DNA of 64,000 bases, taken from NCBI RefSeq assembly GCF_009914755.1, contig NC_060935.1; one strand, written 5' to 3'. The DNA is from the human T2T-CHM13v2.0 reference genome, Homo sapiens. The notes beneath the pieces are model-generated. The model was not told the DNA's origin and made no database searches. It worked only from the letters and a program-made list of their open reading frames with translations. Made by a program: the position numbers and the translations under genes. Each line of letters begins with the position of its first letter. Within the stretch, counting starts at the first letter, position 1. Of the stretch, positions 1-16,516 are shown one piece after another.

Positions 1-154
1 GCCATCACGCCCGGCTAATTTTTTTGTATTTTTTTTAGTAGAGACAGGGTTTCACCGTGTTAGCCAGGATGGTCTCGATCTCCTGACCTTGTGATCCTCC
101 CACGTCGGCCTCCTGAAGTCCTGGGATTACAGGCGTGAGCCACTGCACCCGGCC
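1..154 (-). repeat. Alu (AluY-like), cut by the window edge
   Basis: ttagccaggatggtctcgatctcctgacc. Confidence 0.9.
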
Positions 155-417
155 TGACTACTTATTTTTTATTTCCTTATTCCAAGTACAAGACCAGAAG
201 GAAAACGAATTAATGCTTCCTGTCATTTTGGAAAGTACTTAGAAACTTTAAATATTGGCAGTTAAACTGCCTGACAGCTCAGTGGAACTCTTGTTTTGGA
301 ATACATTGCAGTTAGGATTATATAGTTACATTTTGTAAAAGTTTGAAATATATAAAAATGACTCATTAGGTTGTTAATAATGAACCTAACAGTGTGTATC
401 TCTTACATTTATCTTTA

Positions 418-550
418 TTTTTTTTTTTTAAATAAAGATGGGGTCTTGCTATGTTGCCCAGGCTGGTCTTGCACTCCTGGGGTCAAGCAATCCTCCTACC
501 TTGTCCTCCCAAAGTGCTGGGATTACAGGCATGAGCCACTGCACCCAGCC
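418..550 (-). repeat. FLAM/AluJ monomer
   Basis: T tract followed by a single antisense Alu arm. Confidence 0.85.
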
Positions 551-1356
551 CATTTCTTTTAAAGATTAATAACTTTTTATTACCTGTTGAATACTTTACC
601 TATTGATTATTATATGTATAGTTGCTTGAGCTGTCAATCATTGTAGCATTTGGAACATAAAATGCGTGTATTTAGCAATGTAGTCCCCTAGTAAGTGTTG
701 GGAAATCCCCAGATGTCTTTGTGAAATGCATAGATTAGCAGGTTGTTCCACGAGTATAATTCAGGAAAAGAATGAATTAATCAGAAATTTGAAGGATCTG
801 AAAATGGCCATCATGTGACTTTTACAGTAGCTAAAAGAATAGCAATTTTTGTACTTTAGACAACTTATTCAATTCCTTTAAATATTTATTGTTTTATATT
901 GTATCTATTATGGTAGGAAAACTATTCTACAGCCAGTTTAGACACTTAGGTTCTTTGTAGCTAACTGTGTGATCTTGGGCAAGTCATTTGGCCTTTTAGA
1001 GCTTCATTTTCTTCAAACACAACAATAAGAACTACTATGTGAGGGGACTTCAAAGAAAACTCATGGAAAAATACATATTATGAAAAAACTGCAGAATTTC
1101 AAAATTTTGTATGCACCAAAATAAACTTGCACTAACTTGTCATAACATATCTGAACAGGATGTAGTTTGAGGCACTAAGAAGGATAAGACATCAGTTTGA
1201 AAAGAGCCCCTATCAGAGCAACATAAGTTCTGCTAAAATTGAAGCAAAAACAAACATAAAATTTATGGTGAAGCTGGGTGAAAGAATGGTGAAATCATTG
1301 ATGCTTTACATAAAGTTTATGGGGACAATGCCCCAAATAAATAATTGGATGGCTCA

Positions 1357-1850
<494 letters not shown>

Positions 1851-2413
1851 CCTAAAGTTGAGCAACTTTCTACCAAATGGGTGCCAAAACCATTGCACCC
1901 AAATCAGCTGCAGACAAGTGTAGAGCATTCAATGGAAATTTTAAACAAGTGGCAGCAAGATCCTGAAGCATGTCTTTGAAGAATTGTAACAGGAGATGAA
2001 ACATGGCTTTACCAATACGATCCTGAAAACAAAGCACAATCAAAGTAATGGCTACCAGGAGGTAGAAGTGGTCCAGTCAAAGCAAAAGCAGACTGTTTAA
2101 GAGCAAAGGTCATGGCAACAGTTTTTTGGGGATGCTCAAGGCATTTTGCTTGTTGACTTTCTGGAGGACCAAAGAATGATAGCATCAGCTTATTTGAAAG
2201 TGTTTTGAGAAAGTTAACCAAAGCTTTAGTAGAAAAATGCCCAGGAAAGCTTCACCAGAGTCCTGCTCCATCATGGCAATGTCCCTGCTCATTCCTCTCA
2301 TCAAACAAGGGCAACTTTGTGAGAATTTTCATGAGAAGTCATTCAGTATCATTAAGTATGCTGATTTGTCTCCTTTGCCTTTTTTGTTTCCCAATCTTAA
2401 AAATCTATGAAGG

Positions 2414-2545
2414 AGGCGGAGCATCTAGGCTGAGGCAGGAGAATCGCTTGAACCCAGGAGACGGAGGTTGCAGTGAGCCAAGATTGTGCCACTGCACTAT
2501 AGCTGGGTGACAGAGTGAAACTCTTATCTTAAAAAGAAAAAAAAG
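2414..2545 (+). repeat. 5'-truncated Alu right arm inside HSMAR2
   Basis: TSD aaatctatgaagg at 2401 and 2546. Confidence 0.88.
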
Positions 2546-3350
2546 AAATCTATGAAGGGCACCCATTTTTCTTCAGTTAATAATGTAAAAAAGACTGCAT
2601 TAAAATGTTTCAGTTCCCACGACCCCCAGTTCTTTAGGGATGGGCTAAATAGCTGGTATCATGGCTTACAAAAGTGTCTTGACCTTGGAGATTATGTTGA
2701 GAAATAAAATTTATATTTTTAATTTTTATCTTTTAATTCCATTTTCCATGAACCTTTTGAAGTCCCATCATATGTATGTTGCCTATAGCTTTCCAAGTGA
2801 TTTCACATAAATTATTTATTCCTTACAGTGCTCAAATAAAAAATGAAATTGAGGGATAGATACAGTAAGTGAGTTGTCTAAGATTACATAGTCTGAGAGA
2901 ATCAGACTGAGACCCTAAACCAACCCTTCTCTCCCCACATCCAGCACTCTCCTCACTGGCATCACGTATGAGAAGACTGGATTGGCCCCCTCTACAATTA
3001 TAATATTCTATGATTTTTTTGTTTCTGAAGTGATTTGCCATTACCTATTTTATTTGCTTTTTCCTCAAAATATATTTTAGGGTTACTATTTTTAATGTCT
3101 TTTTTTTCTGCCTGAAAGTACATTTTAAAAGTTAACAGTATGGAATTTCATTATTGTGATAAGATTTTATATTAATTGTGCTGTTAGGAGTTTTGGCTGT
3201 TTTTGTTTTGTTTTGTTTTTTTGGTAACATTGTAGCCTACAAGTGTAAACCCTGAAAATGATTCCAGAAATTTATTTGGGGTTCAGATTCACATGTTGTA
3301 GGTTAGTTATATACTAACTTGTTTTAAGATGAAGAGAGATAATTTTTTTA

Positions 3351-4723
<1,373 letters not shown>

Positions 4724-6067
4724 TCAGCCTTTTCTTAAATAGTCCAATACTTTAATCTTAGCAATCTCAGAGCAAAAGCCTTTTTAGATGCCAGTAAGAC
4801 TTTTCTCTCAGTTGCCTAGTATGCAAAGGCTGGGCCTTAAATGTTTTGCTCCTCTAAAGCATTTAAATTTAAGAGATGAACCTGCTAATTTGTCCTAAAA
4901 GTTATATATGTCTTTTAATATAGTCATGGCTGAAAAATGGCTAAGACAGTTAGCACCTGACTCTAGTTTTAAATTAACTGAGAAAATAATCCTTCAGAAA
5001 ATCATTGATGTTGTCCACATACATGTGTTCTTACCTCTCGAGAGGAAAATGTTAATGCTTTTGTCATTGGAACTCAGTTTGGGACTTACCACTATAAATT
5101 GGAGGTTCCAGAATGTCTGTTCTTCATTCCTTATTTTGTTCTTGTTTTATGTGGATTTTGTTTCTGGAATCTGAAATTCTATCATTCTGTGTCTGTCTCT
5201 GGAAAGAACTCAATCTCTGAATCATTGAATTTCTATTAATCAGTTTGTTTAAATAGACCATCTTTCTTGAGAACTTGTGCAAAATAGGTTAAACAAATCC
5301 TTTTTTTTTTTATAGAGCAGGTTAAAATTAGAGGTAAGCAGAAGCTTTTGCTTTTTGTCCTTTCCAACTATAACTGAAAATAGGATGCTTCCCTAAGTTT
5401 TAGTAAAGGATTTCATCCTATATGCAGTCAATTCATGATCCCTTTCACAAACGCTGCTGCCCACCATTAAGTCTCTTATCACAGGCATTTTTAAAATTAT
5501 ACCATAAAATGCATGTTGAGACTCTCTGGATCTCAAATGTACAGAAATCACATCTAAATGTCAATTCCTGAGTTAAGGAACTGACAATTATGGCACTTTC
5601 AGTCTCTATTAATATTTAGAAGGCAAGAGATTATTATATTGTTTATATTACTCCTTATGTGTCTGTAGACTTAAATACTTTTTGAAAAGCATTTGTTTGT
5701 TGTATTGGGGCTGTATGTTTCTGCCATTATACTTATTTGCTTACCTGATTTAAAGTTGTCCTTTAATTGTTTTGGGCTGTATCTATAGTTTGAAATTAGG
5801 ACTATCCTCTGTGTACTATGCACCAAAGATGACATTTCAATGCATTGTTCAGTTACTACACAGCTCCTATTTGTCTGTAATAAAGCTGTATGGCTGGGTC
5901 CATTTATTTCAATATTAGTTATTTTATAGTATCCATTGGAATGATGATAATTAATATATAAAGGCAACTTTTCCAAATTCATTTGTGTCTCCTCTGGGCA
6001 TTTCTTTGGGATGTGTTTGTATGCACGTTTTTGCTTCTGATTTTAAAATAATTTTCCTTTGTTGTAG

Positions 6068-6137
6068 GATGAGCAATTCTTAGGTTTTGGCTCAGATGAA
6101 GAAGTCAGAGTGCGAAGTCCCACAAGGTCTCCTTCAG
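6068..6137 (+). CDS. KMT2A: Exon 2 (70 nt), DEQFLGFGSDEE, LEDGF integrase-binding-domain motif
   Basis: ttgtag|GATGAG...TCAG|gtacgg; phase-0 start. Confidence 0.97.
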
Positions 6138-6272
6138 GTACGGCCAATTAAGTGCATGGTGCCTTTTAAGTTTTGTTTGTTAGGAGATTGTGGCTTCCTC
6201 TTGCCTTCTTTACATGTAAAGGATGCTCTACCATACTTGGGTTAGGAAATGGCTGATGAGCTAGACTTCTTT

Positions 6273-6441
6273 TTATTTATTTATTTATTTATTATTGTTA
6301 TACTTTAAGTTTTAGGGTACATGTGCACAATGTGCAAGTTAGTTACATATGTATACATGTGCCATGCTGGTGCGCTGCACCCACTAACTCGTCATCTAGC
6401 ATTAGGTATATCTCCCAATGCTATCCCTCCCCCCTCCCCCC
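6273..6441 (-). mobile_element. Young 5'-truncated L1 3' end (L1PA2/L1PA3-like)
   Basis: Near-consensus L1 3' UTR; 14-bp TSD agctagacttcttt at 6259 and 6442; GAG (non-Ta) diagnostic. Confidence 0.9.
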
Positions 6442-8954
6442 AGCTAGACTTCTTTATGGGACTCTTATCTATCAGGCCACATTGGGTTTATTCTTTCTCT
6501 CTGGGAACTACTTGGGGCATGGGAAGTAGGTTTCCACAGAATTACTGGGAAATCTGGTAGGCAAAGTGAAGGTAACCTAGTAAGAGTATCCTCAGATTTA
6601 CACATTTTGTGTTATGTGGTAGTGTATATGTCTTTGGGAATAATTTGGCCATTATTTTTTTTGGATGAAATTTGGTCCACTATTGTCAAAGAACCAAAAA
6701 CAAAATATTGGCATTATGTGAAACATTTTTACCTGATTCTTGAAAGGCTGTATTAAAATAAAAAAATGGAAAATTAGCAATATTTGTCATTATTCTCACC
6801 AACAAAATATCTAGAATATCTTGAAATTCTAGACTTACAAGCAGTTTCCTAAGAGAAGACCCTCAATGGAAATAACATTTAATGGCTTGCCTAATTCAGT
6901 TCTGTATAGGAGAAAGCTATGTATCTTTTGATGAAAATGCATTCCCCATCTGTGCTGCCATTCTGACTTCATATATGGTTTTCTTTGATTTTATGTGGAT
7001 AGACACTCCAGCTAAATATGATATTGTTAGCTGTTTCTGCTTTTTGACATTGACTTAGCTTGTGATGTGTGCTAGCATTAGGGTCTCACTTAAGAGTCAT
7101 CATATATTATCATCTAATTCAAACATCCAAGTTGACAGTTTTTCTTTTCTTAAAGAGGAGTGGTATTGTCATTCTAGTTGGGGGCAGTTGGCCAGTAGTG
7201 TCCCAGTATCTGTGCTATTCAGACAGTAGCAGTGTTCTCTTTAACATGTGATGAAGTCTTAAAACTTCATATAGGAAAGGAATTAGAGAGATCATCTGGG
7301 ATTTTTGTTTGTTTGTTTATAGATGAAAAAATGAGGTCCATGAAATACATGAGTAATGATTTATAACCAGTTTGAGAGTTCTTTGGATATGTTGTGGATC
7401 AGGGAAGTTAGCAGCAGTGCTGGGACTCTTCTCTGTTCTGCTGCTTCTACTTATCTACCAAAAGAGTTTTTTAAAAAGTAGGATAGAAGAGGTTTTCAGA
7501 ATTGATAAAGCCCTCTGATTGGCCAGGTTCAAGTCTACCACAATGGTAAGGAATCTTTTGATGTATTTCCGGGCAGGAGTTGTTTTGTTTGTTTGTTGTT
7601 TTTGTTTTTGTTTTTGAGACGGAGTCTCACTCTGTCACCCAGGCTCTGGGCAGGAGTTTTATTTTGTTAATTCACAACTTTTTCATGGTAGTTTCCTCTT
7701 AAGTTTTTTTTCATGACTACCAGTCTACCTTGAATGTTGTCTTGTTTTCTAAGAAACCATCTCGATATGCTTCATTATTTGAGAAATGAAACATGGTTTC
7801 TCTGCTGTCTCCTAGTTTATTACCTTTGTTGTAATTAGGATATGTTGAGAAAGGAGCTGTGAATCCTTAATCTATTAAAGGAAGTCTCATAAATTAATTG
7901 ATGAGGAATGCATTTATATTTAGAAAGCTCAACAATAAAACCTTTGTTGACTTCTGTTCTGTTAGCAAGCAGTTCCATTGTAAAAATGTTCATCTCTTTT
8001 GGTGCCTATTAAGGGAAGTTTTAGTCTCAGAAGAATGTTATCAAAAGGGAAAAGAAGATTTGATAAAATAGCCTAGTCTTACTACTTTTTAAAATACAGG
8101 TTTATACAAGGTGTTTTAGAAACAGTCTTGTTTTCTTGAATGGCTTGAAAAGCAGCAAACTGAGCTTATTTATAAATTGGCAAATTCCTTTTATTTAGAA
8201 TAGAACTTTGATTTAATAAGTTGTCACTTTGCTGTTGACATCAGTTAAGGTTAAATCTTTTTGCAACTTGAGACTAGCTCAAGAACCTCTAAGCAGGGGA
8301 GTAGATTTAGTGGACACATTATGTCACTTCACTGATTAGTTCACATGCCACTGAGTTCAGTGATCTTATTCTGATGTGTCATAAATGAACATTTTTCTAT
8401 TCAGTAAAACTTTCTTAGTCTACTTTGGCAAAACAGATTGAAATATGGGACTCTGAGCTGCCCAAGGAGTTGGTATGTTGATGATTGAAGAGCAGCGTGT
8501 TCAAATTTGTTCAAAGCCAGAATTCTGAATTGAAAAGATGGGATGACTAACTAGAAGCATATTCTTAAATGTTAATCTTGGTGGCTAGGATATGGCGAGG
8601 AAGTTCAGATGTTTTTTCTTTACAATTCCTTTGAATTCAGAAAAAACCTTCTTGCTCATCTAAAATTGTAAGAAAATCAGTTTTGTGGATTAATTGTTCA
8701 ACTGAAAACTTTTTATTATCTTTTTGTATCAAAAAAGTAATTAAATGTTCTTTCAGGTGGAATGTTATTTGCTGACTTCTTTGAGGCAAATTTTGGGTGA
8801 AAAGAAACTAAGCACAATTAAGATGTTTGATTGACTCATTAGACTCAAGTTGAACTCAGTACAAAATGGCCAGTGCTAAGTTATATTCAGCTTAGTTAAA
8901 ACCTAAACTACACAGCTAAATATATGCTCTTCATTGTTTAATTTCTATACACAG

Positions 8955-11608
8955 TTAAAACTAGTCCTCGAAAACCTCGTGGGAGACCTAGAAGTGGCTC
9001 TGACCGAAATTCAGCTATCCTCTCAGATCCATCTGTGTTTTCCCCTCTAAATAAATCAGAGACCAAATCTGGAGATAAGATCAAGAAGAAAGATTCTAAA
9101 AGTATAGAAAAGAAGAGAGGAAGACCTCCCACCTTCCCTGGAGTAAAAATCAAAATAACACATGGAAAGGACATTTCAGAGTTACCAAAGGGAAACAAAG
9201 AAGATAGCCTGAAAAAAATTAAAAGGACACCTTCTGCTACGTTTCAGCAAGCCACAAAGATTAAAAAATTAAGAGCAGGTAAACTCTCTCCTCTCAAGTC
9301 TAAGTTTAAGACAGGGAAGCTTCAAATAGGAAGGAAGGGGGTACAAATTGTACGACGGAGAGGAAGGCCTCCATCAACAGAAAGGATAAAGACCCCTTCG
9401 GGTCTCCTCATTAATTCTGAACTGGAAAAGCCCCAGAAAGTCCGGAAAGACAAGGAAGGAACACCTCCACTTACAAAAGAAGATAAGACAGTTGTCAGAC
9501 AAAGCCCTCGAAGGATTAAGCCAGTTAGGATTATTCCTTCTTCAAAAAGGACAGATGCAACCATTGCTAAGCAACTCTTACAGAGGGCAAAAAAGGGGGC
9601 TCAAAAGAAAATTGAAAAAGAAGCAGCTCAGCTGCAGGGAAGAAAGGTGAAGACACAGGTCAAAAATATTCGACAGTTCATCATGCCTGTTGTCAGTGCT
9701 ATCTCCTCGCGGATCATTAAGACCCCTCGGCGGTTTATAGAGGATGAGGATTATGACCCTCCAATTAAAATTGCCCGATTAGAGTCTACACCGAATAGTA
9801 GATTCAGTGCCCCGTCCTGTGGATCTTCTGAAAAATCAAGTGCAGCTTCTCAGCACTCCTCTCAAATGTCTTCAGACTCCTCTCGATCTAGTAGCCCCAG
9901 TGTTGATACCTCCACAGACTCTCAGGCTTCTGAGGAGATTCAGGTACTTCCTGAGGAGCGGAGCGATACCCCTGAAGTTCATCCTCCACTGCCCATTTCC
10001 CAGTCCCCAGAAAATGAGAGTAATGATAGGAGAAGCAGAAGGTATTCAGTGTCGGAGAGAAGTTTTGGATCTAGAACGACGAAAAAATTATCAACTCTAC
10101 AAAGTGCCCCCCAGCAGCAGACCTCCTCGTCTCCACCTCCACCTCTGCTGACTCCACCGCCACCACTGCAGCCAGCCTCCAGTATCTCTGACCACACACC
10201 TTGGCTTATGCCTCCAACAATCCCCTTAGCATCACCATTTTTGCCTGCTTCCACTGCTCCTATGCAAGGGAAGCGAAAATCTATTTTGCGAGAACCGACA
10301 TTTAGGTGGACTTCTTTAAAGCATTCTAGGTCAGAGCCACAATACTTTTCCTCAGCAAAGTATGCCAAAGAAGGTCTTATTCGCAAACCAATATTTGATA
10401 ATTTCCGACCCCCTCCACTAACTCCCGAGGACGTTGGCTTTGCATCTGGTTTTTCTGCATCTGGTACCGCTGCTTCAGCCCGATTGTTTTCGCCACTCCA
10501 TTCTGGAACAAGGTTTGATATGCACAAAAGGAGCCCTCTTCTGAGAGCTCCAAGATTTACTCCAAGTGAGGCTCACTCTAGAATATTTGAGTCTGTAACC
10601 TTGCCTAGTAATCGAACTTCTGCTGGAACATCTTCTTCAGGAGTATCCAATAGAAAAAGGAAAAGAAAAGTGTTTAGTCCTATTCGATCTGAACCAAGAT
10701 CTCCTTCTCACTCCATGAGGACAAGAAGTGGAAGGCTTAGTAGTTCTGAGCTCTCACCTCTCACCCCCCCGTCTTCTGTCTCTTCCTCGTTAAGCATTTC
10801 TGTTAGTCCTCTTGCCACTAGTGCCTTAAACCCAACTTTTACTTTTCCTTCTCATTCCCTGACTCAGTCTGGGGAATCTGCAGAGAAAAATCAGAGACCA
10901 AGGAAGCAGACTAGTGCTCCGGCAGAGCCATTTTCATCAAGTAGTCCTACTCCTCTCTTCCCTTGGTTTACCCCAGGCTCTCAGACTGAAAGAGGGAGAA
11001 ATAAAGACAAGGCCCCCGAGGAGCTGTCCAAAGATCGAGATGCTGACAAGAGCGTGGAGAAGGACAAGAGTAGAGAGAGAGACCGGGAGAGAGAAAAGGA
11101 GAATAAGCGGGAGTCAAGGAAAGAGAAAAGGAAAAAGGGATCAGAAATTCAGAGTAGTTCTGCTTTGTATCCTGTGGGTAGGGTTTCCAAAGAGAAGGTT
11201 GTTGGTGAAGATGTTGCCACTTCATCTTCTGCCAAAAAAGCAACAGGGCGGAAGAAGTCTTCATCACATGATTCTGGGACTGATATTACTTCTGTGACTC
11301 TTGGGGATACAACAGCTGTCAAAACCAAAATACTTATAAAGAAAGGGAGAGGAAATCTGGAAAAAACCAACTTGGACCTCGGCCCAACTGCCCCATCCCT
11401 GGAGAAGGAGAAAACCCTCTGCCTTTCCACTCCTTCATCTAGCACTGTTAAACATTCCACTTCCTCCATAGGCTCCATGTTGGCTCAGGCAGACAAGCTT
11501 CCAATGACTGACAAGAGGGTTGCCAGCCTCCTAAAAAAGGCCAAAGCTCAGCTCTGCAAGATTGAGAAGAGTAAGAGTCTTAAACAAACCGACCAGCCCA
11601 AAGCACAG
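8955..11608 (+). CDS. KMT2A: Exon 3 (2,654 nt): three AT hooks and speckled nuclear localisation region
   Basis: acacag|TTAAAA...GCACAG|gtactc. RGRP cores at about 8978, 9116 and 9359. Corresponds to ORF 9035..11680. Confidence 0.98.
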
Positions 11609-12017
11609 GTACTCTTTTCCACCTTGCCTATTAAAACTAACAGTTTATTGAGCCCTTTCTATGGGCAAGTTTTAGGCTAAGTGGTTCAATTACATCCAGT
11701 TATGAGAACCAAGAAAAGTATGGTGGAGGCAGTGGTATTTGCAGTAGTCCTTCAAGGACCAGTAGGATTTTGATAGGTAGAAAGTGGCAGGACATAACAT
11801 TCTAAGTAGAGGGAACAGTGTGGGTAGAAATGGAAAAGTAAGAAATATATTTGAGGAATACTGGATAGCTGGATTGGCATCTGTGGAAAACTGGTGAACT
11901 AAGGCTGAATGAACTAAGGTTGGGACTATATCACAGAGGATGCTGAGTTGTTTGTACCTTATAAGTTTGATGTAATTAAACCAGGGACTTAATTGTAAAG
12001 GTACATTTTAATAGTCA

Positions 12018-13878
<1,861 letters not shown>

Positions 13879-14097
13879 CTGTTTTTTATTTTTTGATTAG
13901 AGGCCTTTTTTTGTGCTGCCAATTAGGATACAGTAATAGTTGATTTCTGTTTTGATATGATTTATCAGCTGGGAATAATTAGAGTTGTGTGTTTTGATTC
14001 TAAATCATACTGAAATTGATTAAGTATACCTTGGCTTCGTTCAGTTATAATTTCAACATGTATGGTTGTTATTGTTTTTGGATTGCCTCATATTCAG

Positions 14098-14275
14098 GGT
14101 CAAGAAAGTGACTCATCAGAGACCTCTGTGCGAGGACCCCGGATTAAACATGTCTGCAGAAGAGCAGCTGTTGCCCTTGGCCGAAAACGAGCTGTGTTTC
14201 CTGATGACATGCCCACCCTGAGTGCCTTACCATGGGAAGAACGAGAAAAGATTTTGTCTTCCATGGGGAATGATG
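14098..14275 (+). CDS. KMT2A: Exon 4 (178 nt), pre-CXXC region (RGPRIKHVCRRAA)
   Basis: attcag|GGTCAA...GATG|gtaggt. Confidence 0.97.
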
Positions 14276-14364
14276 GTAGGTCAAGAAGGTCAATCTTGGA
14301 GTCGGAACAGACTTTTGATTTGTTTGTTGATTATTCTGGGGATGCCCAGTAGGCTCTTCATAGT

Positions 14365-14635
14365 TAGTAGGTCCTCTGAAAAACAGATGGCAAGAGGGGA
14401 TTAAATACATGAGGATTTTATTAGAAGAAATGCCTGAGAAGGAAAACGGGGAGGTAGCCAGGGAAGGCTGGGAGAGCTGTCAGACTGTGTTGCCCATCTC
14501 ACCCCCATGAAGGAGCAGGGGAAGGAAGGCAGAATCTTCCTAGACTGCTGTGCAGGTGAGAAAGATTTGGCAAAGCTGTCCAGGAGTCTTTGAGTAAAAG
14601 TGGACTGTCAGGGGAGTGGGAGGCACATTCTCATG
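14365..14635 (-). mobile_element. ERVL LTR16-family fragment
   Basis: Decayed similarity (ttttattagaagaaatgcctg...gggagagctgtcagact), judged by eye. Confidence 0.45.
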
Positions 14636-14791
14636 GCTGTCATATAGTTCTTAAGTGCAGAGTAGCCACTCAGAACAAATTTAGAGGTTTGAAGAATCCT
14701 TAGAAGCATTTGGTTTCTATTCTCGATTTTAGATTAGACTTTTGTTTTCAGTATTTGGAATTTTGCTTTCATCAAGATGCAAGTTATTGGC

Positions 14792-15090
14792 TTTTTTTTT
14801 TTTTTTTTTGAGACGGAGCCTCATTGTGTTGCCCAAGCTGGAGTACAGTGGTGCGATCTCGGCTCACTACAGCCTCCACTTCCCAGGTTCAAGCGATTCT
14901 CCTGCCTCAGCCTCCTGAGTATCTAGGATTACAGGCATGTGCCACCATGCCTGGCTAATTTTTGTATTTTTAGTAGAGAGGGGTTTTGCTATGTTGGCCA
15001 GGCTGGTCTCAAACCCCTGACCTCAGGTGATCTGCCTGGCTCAGCCTCCCAAAGTGCTAGGATTACAGGCATGAGCCACCATTCCTGGCC
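14792..15090 (-). repeat. AluSx
   Basis: TSD aagttattggc. Confidence 0.92.
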
Positions 15091-15250
15091 AAGTTATTGG
15101 CATTTTTAAACATTTAAATAATTATTTAAAATAGATTCTGAGTTCTGTATATAAATATTTTATTTTAATGTATTTCATTTTTGGAGTACCAATTAAAACC
15201 AGGTTTGAATTCAGTACTCCCTTGGAACTAATGCCACATTTCTTTAACAG

Positions 15251-15485
15251 ACAAGTCATCAATTGCTGGCTCAGAAGATGCTGAACCTCTTGCTCCACCC
15301 ATCAAACCAATTAAACCTGTCACTAGAAACAAGGCACCCCAGGAACCTCCAGTAAAGAAAGGACGTCGATCGAGGCGGTGTGGGCAGTGTCCCGGCTGCC
15401 AGGTGCCTGAGGACTGTGGTGTTTGTACTAATTGCTTAGATAAGCCCAAGTTTGGTGGTCGCAATATAAAGAAGCAGTGCTGCAA
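15251..15485 (+). CDS. KMT2A: Exon 5 (235 nt), CXXC zinc finger (CGQCPGC...CGVCTNC...KFGG)
   Basis: taacag|ACAAGT...TGCAA|gtaagt. Confidence 0.98.
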
Positions 15486-15662
15486 GTAAGTGGGTGTTTC
15501 ACTCTGAGATGTTGACCTCTCAACCATAAAGGTTGCTTATTTATCCCTAGTTTGTTGCAGAGATACATCAGGAAACTGAATGTGGTTGTAATTGAGTTGC
15601 AAGACTTGTTACAGTTAGATTTTGTGGTGTGGGCTGTGCTTAAATAAGAAATACTCTGGGGC

Positions 15663-15875
15663 CATGCTGTCATTAATAGAATGTTCTGCAACAATGGAAA
15701 TGTTCTATTGGAATAGTAGACAACAATAATGGAAATGTTTAGTTCAGTATGCAGCCATTAGCCACATGTGGCTATTGAGCGCTTGACATGTGATTAGTGT
15801 GACTGAGGAACCACATTGTTTATTTCGTTTAACTTTAGCCATGTGTAACTAGTGGCTACCATATCAGACTGTAGC
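15663..15875 (+). mobile_element. MER3 (hAT-Charlie MITE)
   Basis: tagccacatgtggctattgagc...gactgaggaa...agtggctacc pattern. Confidence 0.75.
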
Positions 15876-16050
15876 TCTGGAGGATTTCTACTTAAAACCT
15901 GACAACTTTATGTATAATTTTTGTTGGGTCTACTGAAATTATGTTGACCCAACAAAATTATGACAATTCAGGAAACATTGGAGATACCTTGCATAAATAT
16001 CTGTGCTTTCTCACTCTCTCTTAGAATATGTTCATGCATATGGAATTTTT

Positions 16051-16205
16051 TTTTTTAAGAGACAGGGTCTTGCTCTGTTGCCAGGCTGGAGTGCAGTGAC
16101 ATGATCATAGCTCACTGCCAACACTGAACTCCTAGGCTCCAGTGATCCTCCTGCCTTGGCCTCCCAAAGTACTGGGATTACAAACATGAGCCACAGTGCT
16201 TGGCC
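16051..16205 (-). repeat. AluJ-derived monomer-length element
   Basis: Antisense right-arm start fused to a left-arm end. Confidence 0.75.
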
Positions 16206-16224
16206 TCATATGAAATTTCTTTTT

Positions 16225-16516
16225 TTAAGAAGTTTTGTTTTAATTTTTATGGGTACATAGTAGGTATATATATTTATGGTATACATAAGATGTTTTGATA
16301 CAGGCATGCAATGCATCATAATCATATCATGCAGAGTGGGGTATCCATTCCCTTAAGCATTTATCCTTTGTATTACAAACAATCCAATTATACTCTTTCA
16401 GTCATTTTTAAATGTACAATTAAATTATTATTTACTACAATCACCCTGTTGTGCTATCAAATGCTAAGTCTTATTCATTCTTTCTGATTATTTTTTTGTA
16501 CCCATTAGCCATCCCC
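16225..16516 (-). mobile_element. L1MA-type 3' end fragment
   Basis: taatttttatgggtacatagtaggtatatat...tcaccctgttgtgctatcaaat. Confidence 0.75.

Noticed and set aside
9979-10527. 182-aa antisense ORF and other shadow ORFs over exons 3 and 27
   Set aside because: Expected by-product of long coding exons; no recognisable domain or independent signals.
9035-11680. 881-aa and 1373-aa ORFs treated as stand-alone genes
   Set aside because: They are internal exons 3 and 27; their starts and read-through tails are artefacts of ignoring splicing.
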